A DNA stretch of 64,000 nt from Basidiobolus meristosporus CBS 931.73 (GCA_002104905.1 MCFE01000160.1:1-64000), one strand, 5' to 3'. Shown: positions 1-12,733, counted from the first letter of the stretch. A program made the numbers and translations. The notes: generated by a model from the letters alone, not told the origin.

Positions 1-88
1 AGCTTTTATGAACAAGTTATAACGAGATAAAATTGGGGAATTTTACTGACTATTGTACAATCAGTACTACTAAATATGTTTTCAGTAG

Positions 89-1204
89 TTACATTACTAG
101 TGCAAGACCAATCATGGCAATGAAACGAATTGCTCGACAGACCTTTTCCAGTAGGGAAAGCAGTAACGAAATAAACATGTTAGAAAAATACGCTTGTCCA
201 AGCTGAAGCAAGCATACAACACTGTGTGCCATGGGCTCTATAATCACAAACGAAGCTACCACAGAGCTGTACACGTTCTGGCTTAGAACGGGGTTTGTAC
301 CTGGGTAGATCCCCTCTATTCCGATGGTAAAAACTACGCTAAGTATATAAAACACTCCGAATAGTGAAATTAGATAAAGTACAGATCCCAAGAGTTGCTC
401 CATCCGGTACCATATCAACACCTTCCTGTGAACATGCTCCTTAACGTCTGAGATTTTCTCGGTGTATATATCCTCGTTGATGTGGTTCATCGCACCCATT
501 GCAGTGAAATCTTTGCGCAAGGAATAGTCATCTGATTCTACGGAGACAAAAACAGGGGCAATACATCTACCCGAAGAATACAGTAATGTGACAAGTATGC
601 TTGCGGGAAACATATACTGTCCTTGGTAGCTCTGTGGTATATATTGGAACATCCAAAGACAATAGGTATACTTACTGATGATATACGCCCAATAGAGGGC
701 TAAAGCACCAAAGCACACCTTTGTGGTAATGGAGCTATCCTTTGCGATACGGCTCTGAGAGATGCTGATCTTGTGCTTCAGTAGAAGTGGTATATCGTCG
801 TGGTGAATCTCGGTTAGAACCTCACATTGAGGAGGGACGCAAAGTGTAGGCCTTTGGAAAACAGACAAAATGGGTTTTTTCCAGGATGCTCCATCAACGA
901 TGATTGCATTCCTTGGGATCATTCGGGCTGACCTGTCCTTTGGACAGACATTGACCCAGAAAGCGGATCCATCGTAGGCAGCCCTCAGAGCGGACTCCAT
1001 GTGACTTTGGTTGTCTTTTGCCAAGCGAATCTCCACAAACTGAGTGATGATTTTTCTAACAGCAATCATAGGAAAGAAAAAAATCTTGAGGCACTCCGCT
1101 GCCTGTCTAACCACGCCGGAACCTCTCGGGACATTCTGAATCCTCCCCAGGATATACCTCTCCAGAATTCTCACCAAAAAGAGAGTCAGTACCAAATTTA
1201 ACAT
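89..1204 (-). CDS. Intronless 371-aa hypothetical multi-pass membrane protein
   Basis: Single ORF from ATG at 1204 to TAA at 89. Several hydrophobic segments (e.g. VCFGALALYWAYII, LLGSVLYLISLFGVFYILSVVFTIGI). No family recognised. Confidence 0.6.
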   Translation of the reverse strand: MLNLVLTLFLVRILERYILGRIQNVPRGSGVVRQAAECLKIFFFPMIAVRKIITQFVEIRLAKDNQSHMESALRAAYDGSAFWVNVCPKDRSARMIPRNAIIVDGASWKKPILSVFQRPTLCVPPQCEVLTEIHHDDIPLLLKHKISISQSRIAKDSSITTKVCFGALALYWAYIISKYTYCLWMFQYIPQSYQGQYMFPASILVTLLYSSGRCIAPVFVSVESDDYSLRKDFTAMGAMNHINEDIYTEKISDVKEHVHRKVLIWYRMEQLLGSVLYLISLFGVFYILSVVFTIGIEGIYPGTNPVLSQNVYSSVVASFVIIEPMAHSVVCLLQLGQAYFSNMFISLLLSLLEKVCRAIRFIAMIGLALVM

Positions 1205-3348
1205 CAGCGGCCCCCGGTGGCAAAGTTCAATAATTTCAATTTCGATGTTAGACTGTCGCGTTATATAGGGTCACATCAAGCGGACTGAACTCGTCCAAAA
1301 TCACCATCCAAACCAAAGAGAAAAGGGGAAAGTTCGATTCAAACACCCTTGCACAGTGTGAACACTCTGTGTAAACATTTACCACCACAGAACAAACGTC
1401 AAGTATGGGTCACCCCACCCAGCGCCTGGATCAAAAAAGGTATATCGATGGGAAGCATTGCCACAGCACATGGATGCGAATCTATCCTAAAATGGACATT
1501 AGTGTAGATTCGAATTGATCCCCTGTATACATGACGTCAGGCTTCACGTCAACAATAATAATGCTACAGCCATTGCCATGCTGCTGAACCTGGCAGAACG
1601 ATATTACCACCATCTCCACTACGCATCAGATAATGGAACTTCCAAGCTGTGAATCGAGAATTATACGAGGAGCCTATGCTGCCATGCACAGTCACAGATC
1701 TTGATCCAGCGCGAATGGGATGTCTTCCATCGCTCGTGAATCCAGTTTGGTAGGCTCCAACCACATGCTTACCTGGAGGAGACTACCCAGATGGGAGTTG
1801 TGCAATCATTAGCTTGTTGGTTGTTGGCAATAGAATCTCACATGGTTCTACTTATCCCTTAAAACGACTAGGTTCATGGGTGGGTAAGCGGTGCATGTGG
1901 ATTTGGTTTGTAAGACATCAGCTAATTTCATGGGTTCGTAAAATCCTAGAAGTTTTGGGAACTTTCAAACTCGTCTATATGGCTCTAACTTGGTACCCCA
2001 CTTCCTGGAACCCTTCTCAAATCATTCGTATCATTAGTCTCGAAACTTATCTAAAAGCGTAGATACTTTGTTTGAACTCAATATACCATTTAGCGAATAC
2101 CATACAAATCTTCTGGTTCTCCGAATCGCTTACATGCCCCCTAATATCTTGTTACAGACTTCGCTGATTCAAAGAGATAGCTAATATATCACAAACCAAA
2201 CCACAAGTCCACAATTCATAAGTTAGCAACTAGCTAAGCACAAACCGAAGATACATGAATAATGTGCCAAGCTAAATAATTGAAGCAGCATATTGTACTT
2301 CTAAGAGCTACAAGAGGTTTGTGCATGATCCCCCTCCCTTCTAACAATAATAAGTCGCTTCCCAGTTCTCAGCTTTACCTGCCTCAGAATGAATTGCTTG
2401 GGTGCCCGCTTCTTGACACCTGGGAAATAATCGTATCGCCCTCCAGTTCATTTGGCCAAAGCATGGACTCCGTTACGGAAAACCCTGGAACAAAGTATTG
2501 GGTGGCTTAAAATATGCTACGGAGACTTCCATCTTTTTGGATTACCACCGAAAATCGACCTTAGGAGTGATTTCTATGCCAAGGATTATACGATTTTTGA
2601 AACTTGAAAGACGATGTATTAGGAGCATCCGTACTCCATCTGGCCTCAGGAAGCTTATAATTGATACTTGGGCTTGACACTGTTGCGTGGAACTGGGAAG
2701 GAAGTCTGAATCACTGCGATCCATTCTATGCCAGTGCCTGGAAGTACACCATTCACTCTTCGCATTGGAGGCGGGTAGGAATAACGGCATTGATTGGGTG
2801 GTACAGATGTATGAAATATCTTGTGCCAGTGGCTAACCAGGATCGTCAGAGTCCACCACCACTGATGCGCAAGGCCCAAATTGGTTCTCCGGTATGAACA
2901 CTGGCTTTCCCCGCAAAACCCAGCGGCAAAGCCAGGGTCAATATTAGATCCAGCAGATGGTGGATTAATGAAGCATAAATTTTCAGGCTCATCTTGTCTG
3001 CAGCCAGATCGTGTGACCACATTCATCAAGACATTATTCTCATCCATGTTTGGAGACGAGATTCATTTGTGAAATATTACCGTCGATTCACAGCATACTC
3101 ACATACACACGCATTACTGGAACTTTATGGGCCAATAACTCTGACTCCGGCGACCAATTAGGCGCATTACACATTGAAAATCCACAAAAATGATTTGATC
3201 TTTCCATTGCTAATTGCCAACTCAACTAAGCCACAATTGTGGCCATCCCCGAACAAATGATATAACACTTTTCGTCCCTGCGGATTCCAGACTCAACCCC
3301 CAAGTCCGACTTTCAATAAGCAAACAGTACAATTCCTTTATCCCAGGT

Positions 3349-4390
3349 ATGCCAGAGAAAACGATTCTTGAAGTAACCCCTGCTGAGTTGAAGCAGCAGA
3401 ATGAGCGTCAAACGCTGATTGCCGCTCAACCCGACATCACTGTTCGAGATGCTCTAAGCAAAATGGCTTCACACAAGATCGTTTCGTTGCCAATTTTCAG
3501 CCACACCGCACCTGACAAGATTGTCAATATTGTCAATGCTATGGATATCTTATCCTACATCGTCTCCATCACCAAGGCCCCCTCGGGTGAGATAGCCACC
3601 ACTTTAGACACGGAGAAGTTGGCGAAACTTGATCAGAATATTGAGGTGGTGATGACTCTGGACAACGAAAAGGAGAGCTATCGCATCATCGAGACAGAAA
3701 CAAACGAGCCCTTGAAAAAGGTAACCTCCCTACCCCTTCCTTGAGTATACCGTATTTGCTCACCTCTCTGCTTGCAAAGGTCCTCAAAGCCTTTTCCAGC
3801 GGCACCCATAGAGTTCTTGTGTACGACTACGTCAACAACTCGGCTCCCTTTATTATCACCCAGTCTGACATCATCAGATATCTGATTGCTCACCCAAAGG
3901 CCGGAGGCAAGGTCGACGTCAGCAGGAGCATTTCAGACTTGGGTTTGGTTCGTGGACGTGAGCTTCTGACCGCAAAGGACACGGACTCGGCACTGGCAAC
4001 GTATCACCTGATGGCGGAGCTCAACTATTCCTCTGTCCCTGTGGTCGGCGCAAATGGGAAGTTGGTGTCGGCGTTGAGCGCTGCCGATTTACGGGGACTT
4101 AACCCTAAAGCCTTCAATAATCTGACCAAGAGCGTCATACAGTTCCTTGAGGTGGATTTCAACTTTGTCCTTACTCTCCTACTACAACTGCAAGCCCAGC
4201 TAATCCCCATTCCCAACAGGTAACCGACCATGGCAAGGCGCCGCTGAAGACCTGCGACAAAGACGCCCCTCTAGCCGAAGTCTTTACCAAGATTATCGAG
4301 GCCCACACCCATCGTGTCTGGGTGGTTGAGAATGAGAAAGCCATTGAGGTGATCACCCTATCCGACATCATCCAGCTATTCAACCAATAA
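3349..4390 (+). CDS. CBS-domain protein (about four CBS repeats; Snf4/Sds23-like)
   Basis: Exons about 3349-3720, 3780-4151 and 4220-4390, with GT-AG introns 3721-3779 and 4152-4219. CBS-like segments: TVRDALSKMASHKIVSLPI, AFSSGTHRVLV, LMAELNYSSVPVV..GKLVSALSAADL, HTHRVWVV...VITLSDII. Start codon uncertain. Confidence 0.8.
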
Positions 4391-4522
4391 GGTGGATCCA
4401 ATCGCTCCTGACCATCGGGGCAACCAAGCGGCTGTATCCCACGTTGATTTATTTGAAAATAAACAGGATTTCGTTTCTTCACCAAACTGCCTACCATTGT
4501 CGGATGCACGATCCTCTCTGGT

Positions 4523-6537
4523 CTAATCAACAGGCTCTGGCGAGGGGGGTCTCTTCCGCTTCTCCAATTTGCTGCGCCTCAGGACCTCCTTCTCTCTGTC
4601 CGAGATTCGGGGGACAAAGTCTTCTGAGCTACTGACCAGCTGGCGGATCATCTCCAGCGTCTTTTCATTGGACGCTTGATCCGAGGCAGCAAAGATCCGG
4701 CTCCTACCTATGATGGCGACGTTCTTGGTGGACGGTATACGCAGGTGTTCGACTTCGACCTGGTAACCGCAGGCCTCCACCAAACCCTTAAGATATTCCA
4801 GGTAGCACTGGAATCTTCCCTGACTCTCCACCTTCTTCACGAACTTCTTGCCGCTCAGCTCGAATAGACAGCAGGGGATGATCACAAACCTACGCTCGCG
4901 TGTGGTGGGGAAGGAGTTAGCAGGGGGATCTAGCATGTGCGAATGGCTGATGTTGAGGCACTGACTTGGTGTCGAAGTTAGATCTGGCGGCAATGATGGG
5001 GATCCAGGGAACTAGCTCGTCGGCATGATTCCCGATAATCCAGTCTGCCTGGACTTGAACCTCGTTGGGTATCAAGGTTTGGCTGACGAGCTTCGTCTTT
5101 TCTCCAAACATGCTCCAAACCTTTCTGGAGCTCTGATCGATCCCGTGTCCGGTGTATCCCTCCTCGTTCAACAGATGCACAAGCAACCCATTTCCGCACC
5201 CGATATCCACGAAGGTCTGGTGGCTGGATGGAGAACGGAATGAATAGACATACTTCACGCTTCAAGGCAAGAGCCGCGCTCTTACCTGGTTCTTGAAGTG
5301 GCTTTTCTTTCTAGCTCCCACACACACACGAGCCAGGCAGCTATGGCGATATCTTCATACACGAACTTGCGAGGGTCGGTCTTTTCTGGCCAGGCATCCA
5401 CCCACTTTTTGGCATATTTGGCCTCTAATGTATCCAGGAGAAGAATGAGATAAACGCTTTGTTCCCGCTTCGAAGAGAATTGATCCAAATATTTACTCAG
5501 ACGCTCGTAGGCTGACAAGTACATCTCCTTTGGTACGACGATGTCATGGTGCACCCTCTTTTGGTACCCAAGAGCAGTGCTGATGCCCCATTTGAACAAC
5601 TTCTTCATGAGCTGAGACACTGCGTATTTCTGTAAAGTGTGGTGGAATGGGCGTGTTACTTCGCTGTGTATGGTCCAGTTGGCAACGTAATCGAGATGGG
5701 CACGCTAGATATATATTGCAACGTACCATTTTATCGTTAAACTCGACGCTGTTTGGCAGCTCTCGAATTTCGAAGCGAATCTCTGGGACATGACTGGTAG
5801 ATTCCGAACAAAAACACTTTAGCTCCTGTATGCGGGGTATAATTGACATCATTGCGTGCATACTCATTTATGTATCTGTACCGAAAGGCTTCTACTTTGG
5901 GGTAATAGAAGGGAAGCTCTTTGTTTGGTTCAACTTGTGGGGTAAACACGGCATAAGCCTCTATAGGTACGAGAAATCAGCAACTCTCGTCACGCGATCC
6001 GAATAACCTCTCTTCTTGCCAACCACAAGCTGAATTTCAATCAAATTGTGGAAATACGTTCGGTAACTTACCGTTGTCGCCTTCGACAAATTCCACTAGT
6101 TCCACTAGCTCTTCGTCTTTCGTTTTTCTCTTCGGTACTAATATACGGGTGACTTTGTAATCCCCGTTTTCCTTTTTCTCCTCAGAGATGTACTTTGCCT
6201 CTTTTACCGGGGGAATAATCAGCTCTGGCTGCAGGGTCCACTGACTCTGATAGTATTGTTGAAGGTTAATTGTTACGATCTTTCGCTATACTCTGGTGAT
6301 CGGGTAACCGGGCTTGGCATTGAAGAAAAACAACTGGGATAGTGGAAGTATACATCTATATATTGAAGTCCAACTAACCATGACTTTGGCAAATTCCTCT
6401 AAACCGAATTCAACTTCGCATTTGACCAACGGCTTCCAGCCATCGTTTGTTCCAGTCGGGGACACATCGAACTCGTATATTGGTAGAAATTTCTGATACG
6501 ATTCTAAGCTTGGTTGCTTGTTGCTTGTTTCGGACAT
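4523..6537 (-). CDS. TRM44: tRNA:m2'-O-U44 methyltransferase (TRM44/METTL19), multi-exon
   Basis: Motifs TDPRKFVYEDIAIAAWL, FVDIGCGNGLLVHLLNEEGYTGHGID, WIIGNHADELVPWIP and FVIIPCC. ATG at 6537 (MSETSNK). Internal exon limits approximate. Confidence 0.9.
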
Positions 6538-8074
6538 GCTTATGGTCAAGGAAACAAGGAATAACTATACTAAATGGCGCTTCAATTATCCCTACAGGAT
6601 GGCCCACAAAAAAGCACGAAGAAAAGTCACTCGATCGAATCATTTTTCACACAATCAAAGTTTATCGAATAGTGCACCATCACTCCTTCTCATGGATGAA
6701 TTCCACTGTTCGCGGGAGATGCCGCGCCATCCGTGATGCTCCCGCGAAACAACCCCACGCGACATGATGTTTGGTGCCACACAAAGAGATCCCCTCCCAG
6801 CGGGGTAAACATCCGGATCTTCGCGAGATTTATAGATATTTCCAGTGACTTTTGGTGATTTGGATTGCGCTATCTAGGGAAACAGCATGAGAGCATGGAT
6901 GCTAGTATTTCATTCACACCGTTAGAAAGCAGCATAGTTGTGTGAGGTAGAAACATATGATGAAAGCAGCCAAGGTTCGAGAGTGCATTGGTTAAGGGGT
7001 CTACTGATATCTCAATAGAATAGCTAGGTGTTTGTGTACATCTAAATACCCTGATGAGTACTAATAGTACTGAACGGTTATGGTAAGAAGCATGTCATTT
7101 TGTTTTCATGGCTGAATATGAATAGGTCCGTCTGTACATATGAAGAGAACATCCCTTGAATAGTCAAACCATGGGGGCCTCATTTGATATATGGCCAATG
7201 GATCAGAACTTTTTGGCTGGGCTATACTAAGCCTCTGAGGTGCCAGTTGGGACTGTGAGTGTAGGCAAGTATGCATTGTGAACGGGATGCTCAAGCCATC
7301 AAATCACAGGTTTACAACCGAGTGGCCTCTGGAGGAAGAGCACCATTGAAATGACGACGGCCAACCACAATGTAGCAACCGGCTTGCGTTTGCTCAACCT
7401 CTCCTGATCGACCATCTTAGCCAGGTGGCTTATCTAGTGGAAAACTTCAAAGTGGATTTTCCTAGTTGGCTTGTGGTTGGGGCAACCAGGGCTTTGTGAT
7501 AAATCCATTCTAATCTGCCTGGCTGGAGATATTCATCCATCTCGATTCACCGGGATACCAAGGAGAGTATTGTCCACCATCTGCATCTGTGGCCACCGAC
7601 TGCCTCCAAGCATTCGTTTTCCCATCATCTATCAGGTATTAAATATTTTAGATGGGACCATGCCTAGAATTCCCCAAGGCTCGCCATAAAATCCTTATTT
7701 TTCTAAAACCCCATGGTTAACTGTAGACACTAGGGTCAATCAGCTTCTCACCATCAGCCATTCCGATTCTATTGCCATATTGCTGATTACACTTACAGAT
7801 GTCCCTCGAAATAGCCCAGCTTCTCGTCTCATTTGCCAACACACCACTCATGTGAAAGTCTCATCAGCTGCTCATGTATTATAAATCCGATATAAACCAT
7901 CTCCACGTGACTGGCCAGGTCTATCATACTGATAATCTATGATTTAGTAGAGTGATGACAAATCTGTAAAATTATAATATCCGCAAGCTGTACCACCTGC
8001 CCAGGAGCGTCCATCCATTTTACGACAGAGCGCGAGTGGCAAACCACCTACCAACTGCACATTTGCTTTTCCCA

Positions 8075-9575
8075 ATGGCAACCAGAGTGCCTACCCAAGT
8101 TACAGGCGAGAGGACCTTCCCTCTAACAAAAGACATTCGGCCTACAGAGGTGACCGCTCCTCAGAATGCCCCAGATTTACCACCAACCACGCCTATTTCC
8201 ACTCTACCAAGTCAAAATCAGTTCTGGAAATCAGACTGGGACAACATGAAGTCCGGACTGACCACTCTCAGAAAAGCCCTCATCACTGCCTCCACCGTGC
8301 CTTTACGAGTGCTTCGCGTGAGTCAGTTGGATGCGGAGCTGTTGGACAATGAATTGGAGGACATGTTGAAGGAGCAATTGTGGTCGGCATTCAGTTTATT
8401 CAAGGTAAGTTGAGCCGCTTCTAGGAACAAGATAATTCGCTGCTGATTCACCATCGTGATAGAAATTCAACATCAAGGAGAAATTCCAGCCGGAGCTCTC
8501 GGCCATACTTCAGTTCTCCCTTTACAGATTGTCCATCTGCGCCCCGAGCAACGCTACCTATGGCTGCCAGCTGCAGAACCTGAAGTTCCGCGACGAGAGA
8601 GCTCACCAAGGCGGATGTAGGTGATGATTTTTCCAAGGATTCTATTGTCTGTACTAATGAACCATCCCATGGCTTAGTACAATCGATCGCAGTGGATGCG
8701 CCGTTGAGTAGCTACCAAAAAACCATGTATGGTATACTGCAGATCGGTGGTGAGTACATGTGGAGTAGGATCAACCGATTGCTATCGAGTTGGGGATGGG
8801 GCGAGCTGGATACGGTAAGTCACCCACGCTCACTTCGCACAATTAAGCACTTGATAACACCCAAACTTCTACACCACAGAACAACCCACGTAAGACCATC
8901 TGGCAGGCGATCCAAGTGCTAGAGAAGATATTCAAAGCAATGAGCTTGGTAAACTACCTTTACTTCTTGTGCACCGGAAAGTACGATGTTTCTTGGTAGT
9001 TCACCCTCCTCCAGGCCTTCATGCTCACGACCGTTTTTCCCCATGGCAGATACCGTACGCTGATTGAACGTGTGCTGTCTATGAGGCTGGTCTATGCTAG
9101 AAGAGAGGTCACCCGTAATGTCAGCTTCGAGTTCCTCAACCGGCAGCTGGTGTGGCACGCATTTACCGAGTTCCTCATGTTCCTGGTACCTCTGGTGAAC
9201 CTGGAGCGGCTCAAAAACTCGGTAGTGAAGAGGATATTTGGCGGTACACAAGAGGGGGCCTCCGAGCTACCATCCCATATATGCGCCATTTGCTACGGGA
9301 ACCAAGACGAGAACGGAGATGTTCTGAGCTGCACATTGAATATACCATACGAAACTAACTGTGGCCATAGATATTGCTACTACTGCATACAAACAAAGCT
9401 TATGACCGATCCCAGCGGCTTCTCATGCCCACGTTGTGGTGAGACGGTGACTACAAGCCATCGCGTAGTTGAGAAGGTTGATACTGCGAGTGGCGATGGG
9501 GATGAGGATGGGGATGGGGATGCGGACGAGTCCCATATCAAGGACAACACTCCCGAGAACGAGATTGTGTCGTGA
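8075..9575 (+). CDS. PEX2: Peroxisomal RING peroxin Pex2, multi-exon
   Basis: LRVSQLDAELLD, RNVSFEFLNRQLVWHAFTEFLMF and a C-terminal RING (CAIC...CGHRYCYYCI...CPRC). ATG at 8075, stop at 9575. Confidence 0.92.
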
Positions 9576-9734
9576 ATTGTAATTCATTAATCCCGCTTTG
9601 CACATAGGCCATCCCAAGAAAAGTACGTCCCATCCACCCATCTAGTCCAGCTTTCCCATTTTTCTAGTAATTTATTAATTCGACAAAGAAAAATGTTCGG
9701 AACCCGTCAAATAAAGTCGGCAAAATGATATATC

Positions 9735-10623
9735 TCAGAGCTCCGAGCTGGAGGTCATCACGGCGTCCGAGTCGGAGGGGGTGGAGATTTCCTTCTTGCC
9801 CATTCTTTTGAGCTTCTCTTTGCCCTGTGGGACTGGCTCTTTGTAGTCGAATTTGCGGGAATCCAGTTCCAAGGTCACTGGGCCGTCGTTGGCGATGCTC
9901 ACGACCATGTGCGCCCCAAAGACCCCATCTGATGCAGAATGAATGGTTCTTAGGTATAGGCGATTGCAAAGTAGACGGTACTAAGTCCTACCTTGAATCT
10001 TACTGGGGTTGTATGCGGCGCCAAGTTTCTTCAAGAATTCCTCGTAGAACGCTCTGGAAGTGTCCGATTTCATCGAGTCGTGGAAGTCTGGTTTGCTGCC
10101 TAGGATTTCCATATAAGCACTGGAGAGCCCAACAAGAGGCGGTTCCGTGCCAACTTACCTTTGGTGGTTTTTCCATACAACGTGAACTGAGAAACTACAG
10201 CAAATCCACTGTTAATGTCATAAACATAGTCAAGTCTTGTTGCTCAAGCTCACCGCACAGGATCTCCAGATCAAGGTCCTTGACACTTTTTGTCCACGGC
10301 CTGTCGTTTTCATCGTTGAACACACGGACATTGAGAATCTTCTTGACCCTAGGAATGGTGGGTGAGTTGCGTTCAGGGCAGCGAACGAGTGTGTGCTTTG
10401 AGGTTGGGGTATGCTTACATATGCTCGAGATCCTTTTGAGTGTCTGTTACCGCGATACCAATAAGTACGCATATCCCATTGTTGATTGAGCTGACTTGTT
10501 TGCCATCAACTACACGAATCGACGAGAAAGTCAGCATCGAAGGATTTTCAAGGGGCTCCCCTGGAATTTTCGCCACTTACCCGACACGCTGGCGTTGAGC
10601 ACTCGTTGTAATACGGCTCTCAT
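9735..10623 (-). CDS. DTD1: D-aminoacyl-tRNA deacylase, multi-exon (missed by the ORF track)
   Basis: Spliced translation gives MRAVLQRVLNASVSVDGKQVSSINNGICVLIGIAVTDTQKD...FGAHMVVSIANDGPVTLELDS, the DTD N-terminus and the GP motif. ATG at 10623, TGA at 9735. Confidence 0.92.
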
Positions 10624-10695
10624 GTTCTCTATTCTATATCCAAACCGGGCAAGGCCGTGGGCTTCCACTCTGAACCTTTACCTTGATCGCCTTGT

Positions 10696-10711
10696 TCAGT
10701 CACGTGACTGA
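10696..10711. promoter_or_regulatory. 16-bp perfect palindrome TCAGTCACGTGACTGA (GTCACGTGAC bHLH/Cbf1-type E-box) upstream of DTD1
   Basis: Exact palindrome read from the sequence, about 75 bp 5' of the DTD1 ATG. Function is inferred. Confidence 0.45.
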
Positions 10712-11123
10712 GGAAGAGAATGCAACCTTGATGAGTGGATATGAGTCAAGATAATCTAGGAGACAATTGTATCAAGCAATACCACTCGTAGCTGGATGGC
10801 AAATGATTGACAACCCCAATGGACACAGCTCATTCATCAACGGATGTTCCCAGATTGGTCATACCCGAAGGTCACCCAACGGCAACACTGGTCGCTTATC
10901 AGAGCTACACACGGTACAAGTCCGGGGAAATTCCATTTTGCGGGCATCGGGGACTGTAGGGGAATTCTTGGTAAAGATAAAGCATGCTTTTATTCATGAG
11001 TGTTTACTGATACATTGGCATAGTCTGGCATTAGCACCATTGTAATGTGGCATTTACTTTGGCTCGAAGTAATCTACACCTGTTTACTCGTAAACGATAA
11101 CAGGATGGGTGTACGAGACGGAT

Positions 11124-12635
11124 TTACACATCAGCATGATCATTGTATTCGATCTTGTCTAACAACGTGTTGTGGATGGCACGAAGGGCATCCTCAGATT
11201 TGCTCTCCTCTATGACACACGAGATATTGATCTCGGATGCTCCTTGAGAGATCATCTCGATGTTCACTTGGGCCTCGGCCAAGGTGGTAAACATCAGTCC
11301 GGAGATACCCACCATGTTGCGCATTTGCTTCCCTACCAAGCTCAAGATAGCCATGTTCTTGATGACGTCGACCCGGCCAAGTTTGCCGAGTTCATTGAGT
11401 GCACCTTCAAGACTACGCTCGAGAACGTTCGCCCCAAGAGCCATGGATACATGAACCTCACTGGTGGAGATGAGGTCGACGATGATGCCGTATCTGTCCA
11501 AGACGGAGAAGATATTTGCGAAGAACCCATGTGACACCGATTTTCTGTTGGAATGAACGTTGAGAACAATGACATTATCCTTGATAGTGACTGCAGTGGG
11601 GTGTCTTCTGGACAGGTCGATATGATACCCGTTTTCCTGCAAAAAGCGAGAGGTGGGTGGTGGGCTGCCTCTGTTGCTAGTGGCACCATCGGGGAAGATG
11701 ATGGTCCCACTTCCCGAGGGGTTTTGAACATTTTTGATGCGAATGGGGATTTGCGCACGAATGACCTGTTCCATAGTGAACGGGTGAATGACCTCTGAAC
11801 CATAGTATGTCAATTCAGCCGCTTCCTCTGGAGTGATGATATTCAGCAGACGAGCGGTTGGGACTTTGCGAGGATCCGCAGTGAAGATACCGTCGACCTC
11901 TTTCCACACCTGCAGTTCATCAGCTCGAAGCCCAACTGCACACAGGGCAGCGGTAAGGTCGGTGTAGCCTCTACCGATGCTGTGCAAAATTCCGCCGGGG
12001 ACGGAGCCGAAGTAGCCAGTGACGATGGGTACTCTGTTACCGCACTGCTTAACTTCGGTAGCGAATCTATCGGCGAGATAGTCGTAGAAGGATTGGTCGA
12101 GTTTACCGGCCTCGAAGTGTTGATCAATCACCCTCTCCAACGAGACGTATTGAGCGTCGACGCTTCTATCTCTCAAGGCAGCAGCAACAAAAATGCAAGC
12201 CAGTTTCTCCCCGCAGCCAATGATTATATCCTTGGACCGTGGTGAGACCTCGTCGATCACCTCGGCAGCTTCCAAGAAAACCTTGAGTCGCGAGCATTCC
12301 TCGGACAACTCCTGAATCACCTCGTCACGGATGTGCTCGTTCTGAATGACCGAGTTGACGGCCTCGATATGGTCCTCCAGAATGTCGGCCACAATCTCGA
12401 GGTGTCCCTTGGACCCGGAAACCAGGACCTCCTCGGCCGCGCGAATGAGTCTGCTAGTGGTGCCCTTGGACTTGGTGTCCCCGCTTCGGGCAGAGCAAAC
12501 AACCACAACGCGATGAGTCTCCACGGCCCCCTTCACGATAACATTAGTGATTTGGTCCAAAAACTTGCCCACACTAGTTCCGCCGAACTTCAAAATCAAC
12601 CAGGGCTTACTCTCAGGGTTGGTGTAAAGGGTCAT
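11124..12635 (-). CDS. HOM3: Aspartate kinase, intronless, about 503 aa
   Basis: ILKFGGTSVGKF, GRGYTDLTAAL, WKEVDGIFTADPRKVPTARLL, EAAELTYYGSEVIHP and C-terminal ACT domains (MISQGASEINISCVI). Likely ATG at 12635. Confidence 0.95.
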   Translation of the reverse strand: MTLYTNPESKPWLILKFGGTSVGKFLDQITNVIVKGAVETHRVVVVCSARSGDTKSKGTTSRLIRAAEEVLVSGSKGHLEIVADILEDHIEAVNSVIQNEHIRDEVIQELSEECSRLKVFLEAAEVIDEVSPRSKDIIIGCGEKLACIFVAAALRDRSVDAQYVSLERVIDQHFEAGKLDQSFYDYLADRFATEVKQCGNRVPIVTGYFGSVPGGILHSIGRGYTDLTAALCAVGLRADELQVWKEVDGIFTADPRKVPTARLLNIITPEEAAELTYYGSEVIHPFTMEQVIRAQIPIRIKNVQNPSGSGTIIFPDGATSNRGSPPPTSRFLQENGYHIDLSRRHPTAVTIKDNVIVLNVHSNRKSVSHGFFANIFSVLDRYGIIVDLISTSEVHVSMALGANVLERSLEGALNELGKLGRVDVIKNMAILSLVGKQMRNMVGISGLMFTTLAEAQVNIEMISQGASEINISCVIEESKSEDALRAIHNTLLDKIEYNDHADV

Positions 12636-12733
12636 GGTCCCAAAACTCAGGAAGAAAGATCGAAATGATTCAATGGAAATGGATCCCAGAACAATAGGGA
12701 AAAAAGTGATCTCCCGCCCTGCGGCCACAAGAG

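Noticed and set aside
1764-1790. ATGCTTACCTGG resembling the U1 snRNA 5' end
   Set aside because: No downstream U1 stem-loops or Sm site; it is simply the reverse complement of a GGTAAG-like sequence.
4523-12635. TRM44, DTD1 and HOM3 as a functional translation/amino-acid gene cluster
   Set aside because: Interleaved with unrelated PEX2; ordinary housekeeping neighbours with no evidence of co-selection.
11172-12668. Several antisense and alternative-frame ORFs over HOM3 (and similar ones over other genes)
   Set aside because: Shadows of GC3-rich codon usage in the real gene; no recognisable motifs.
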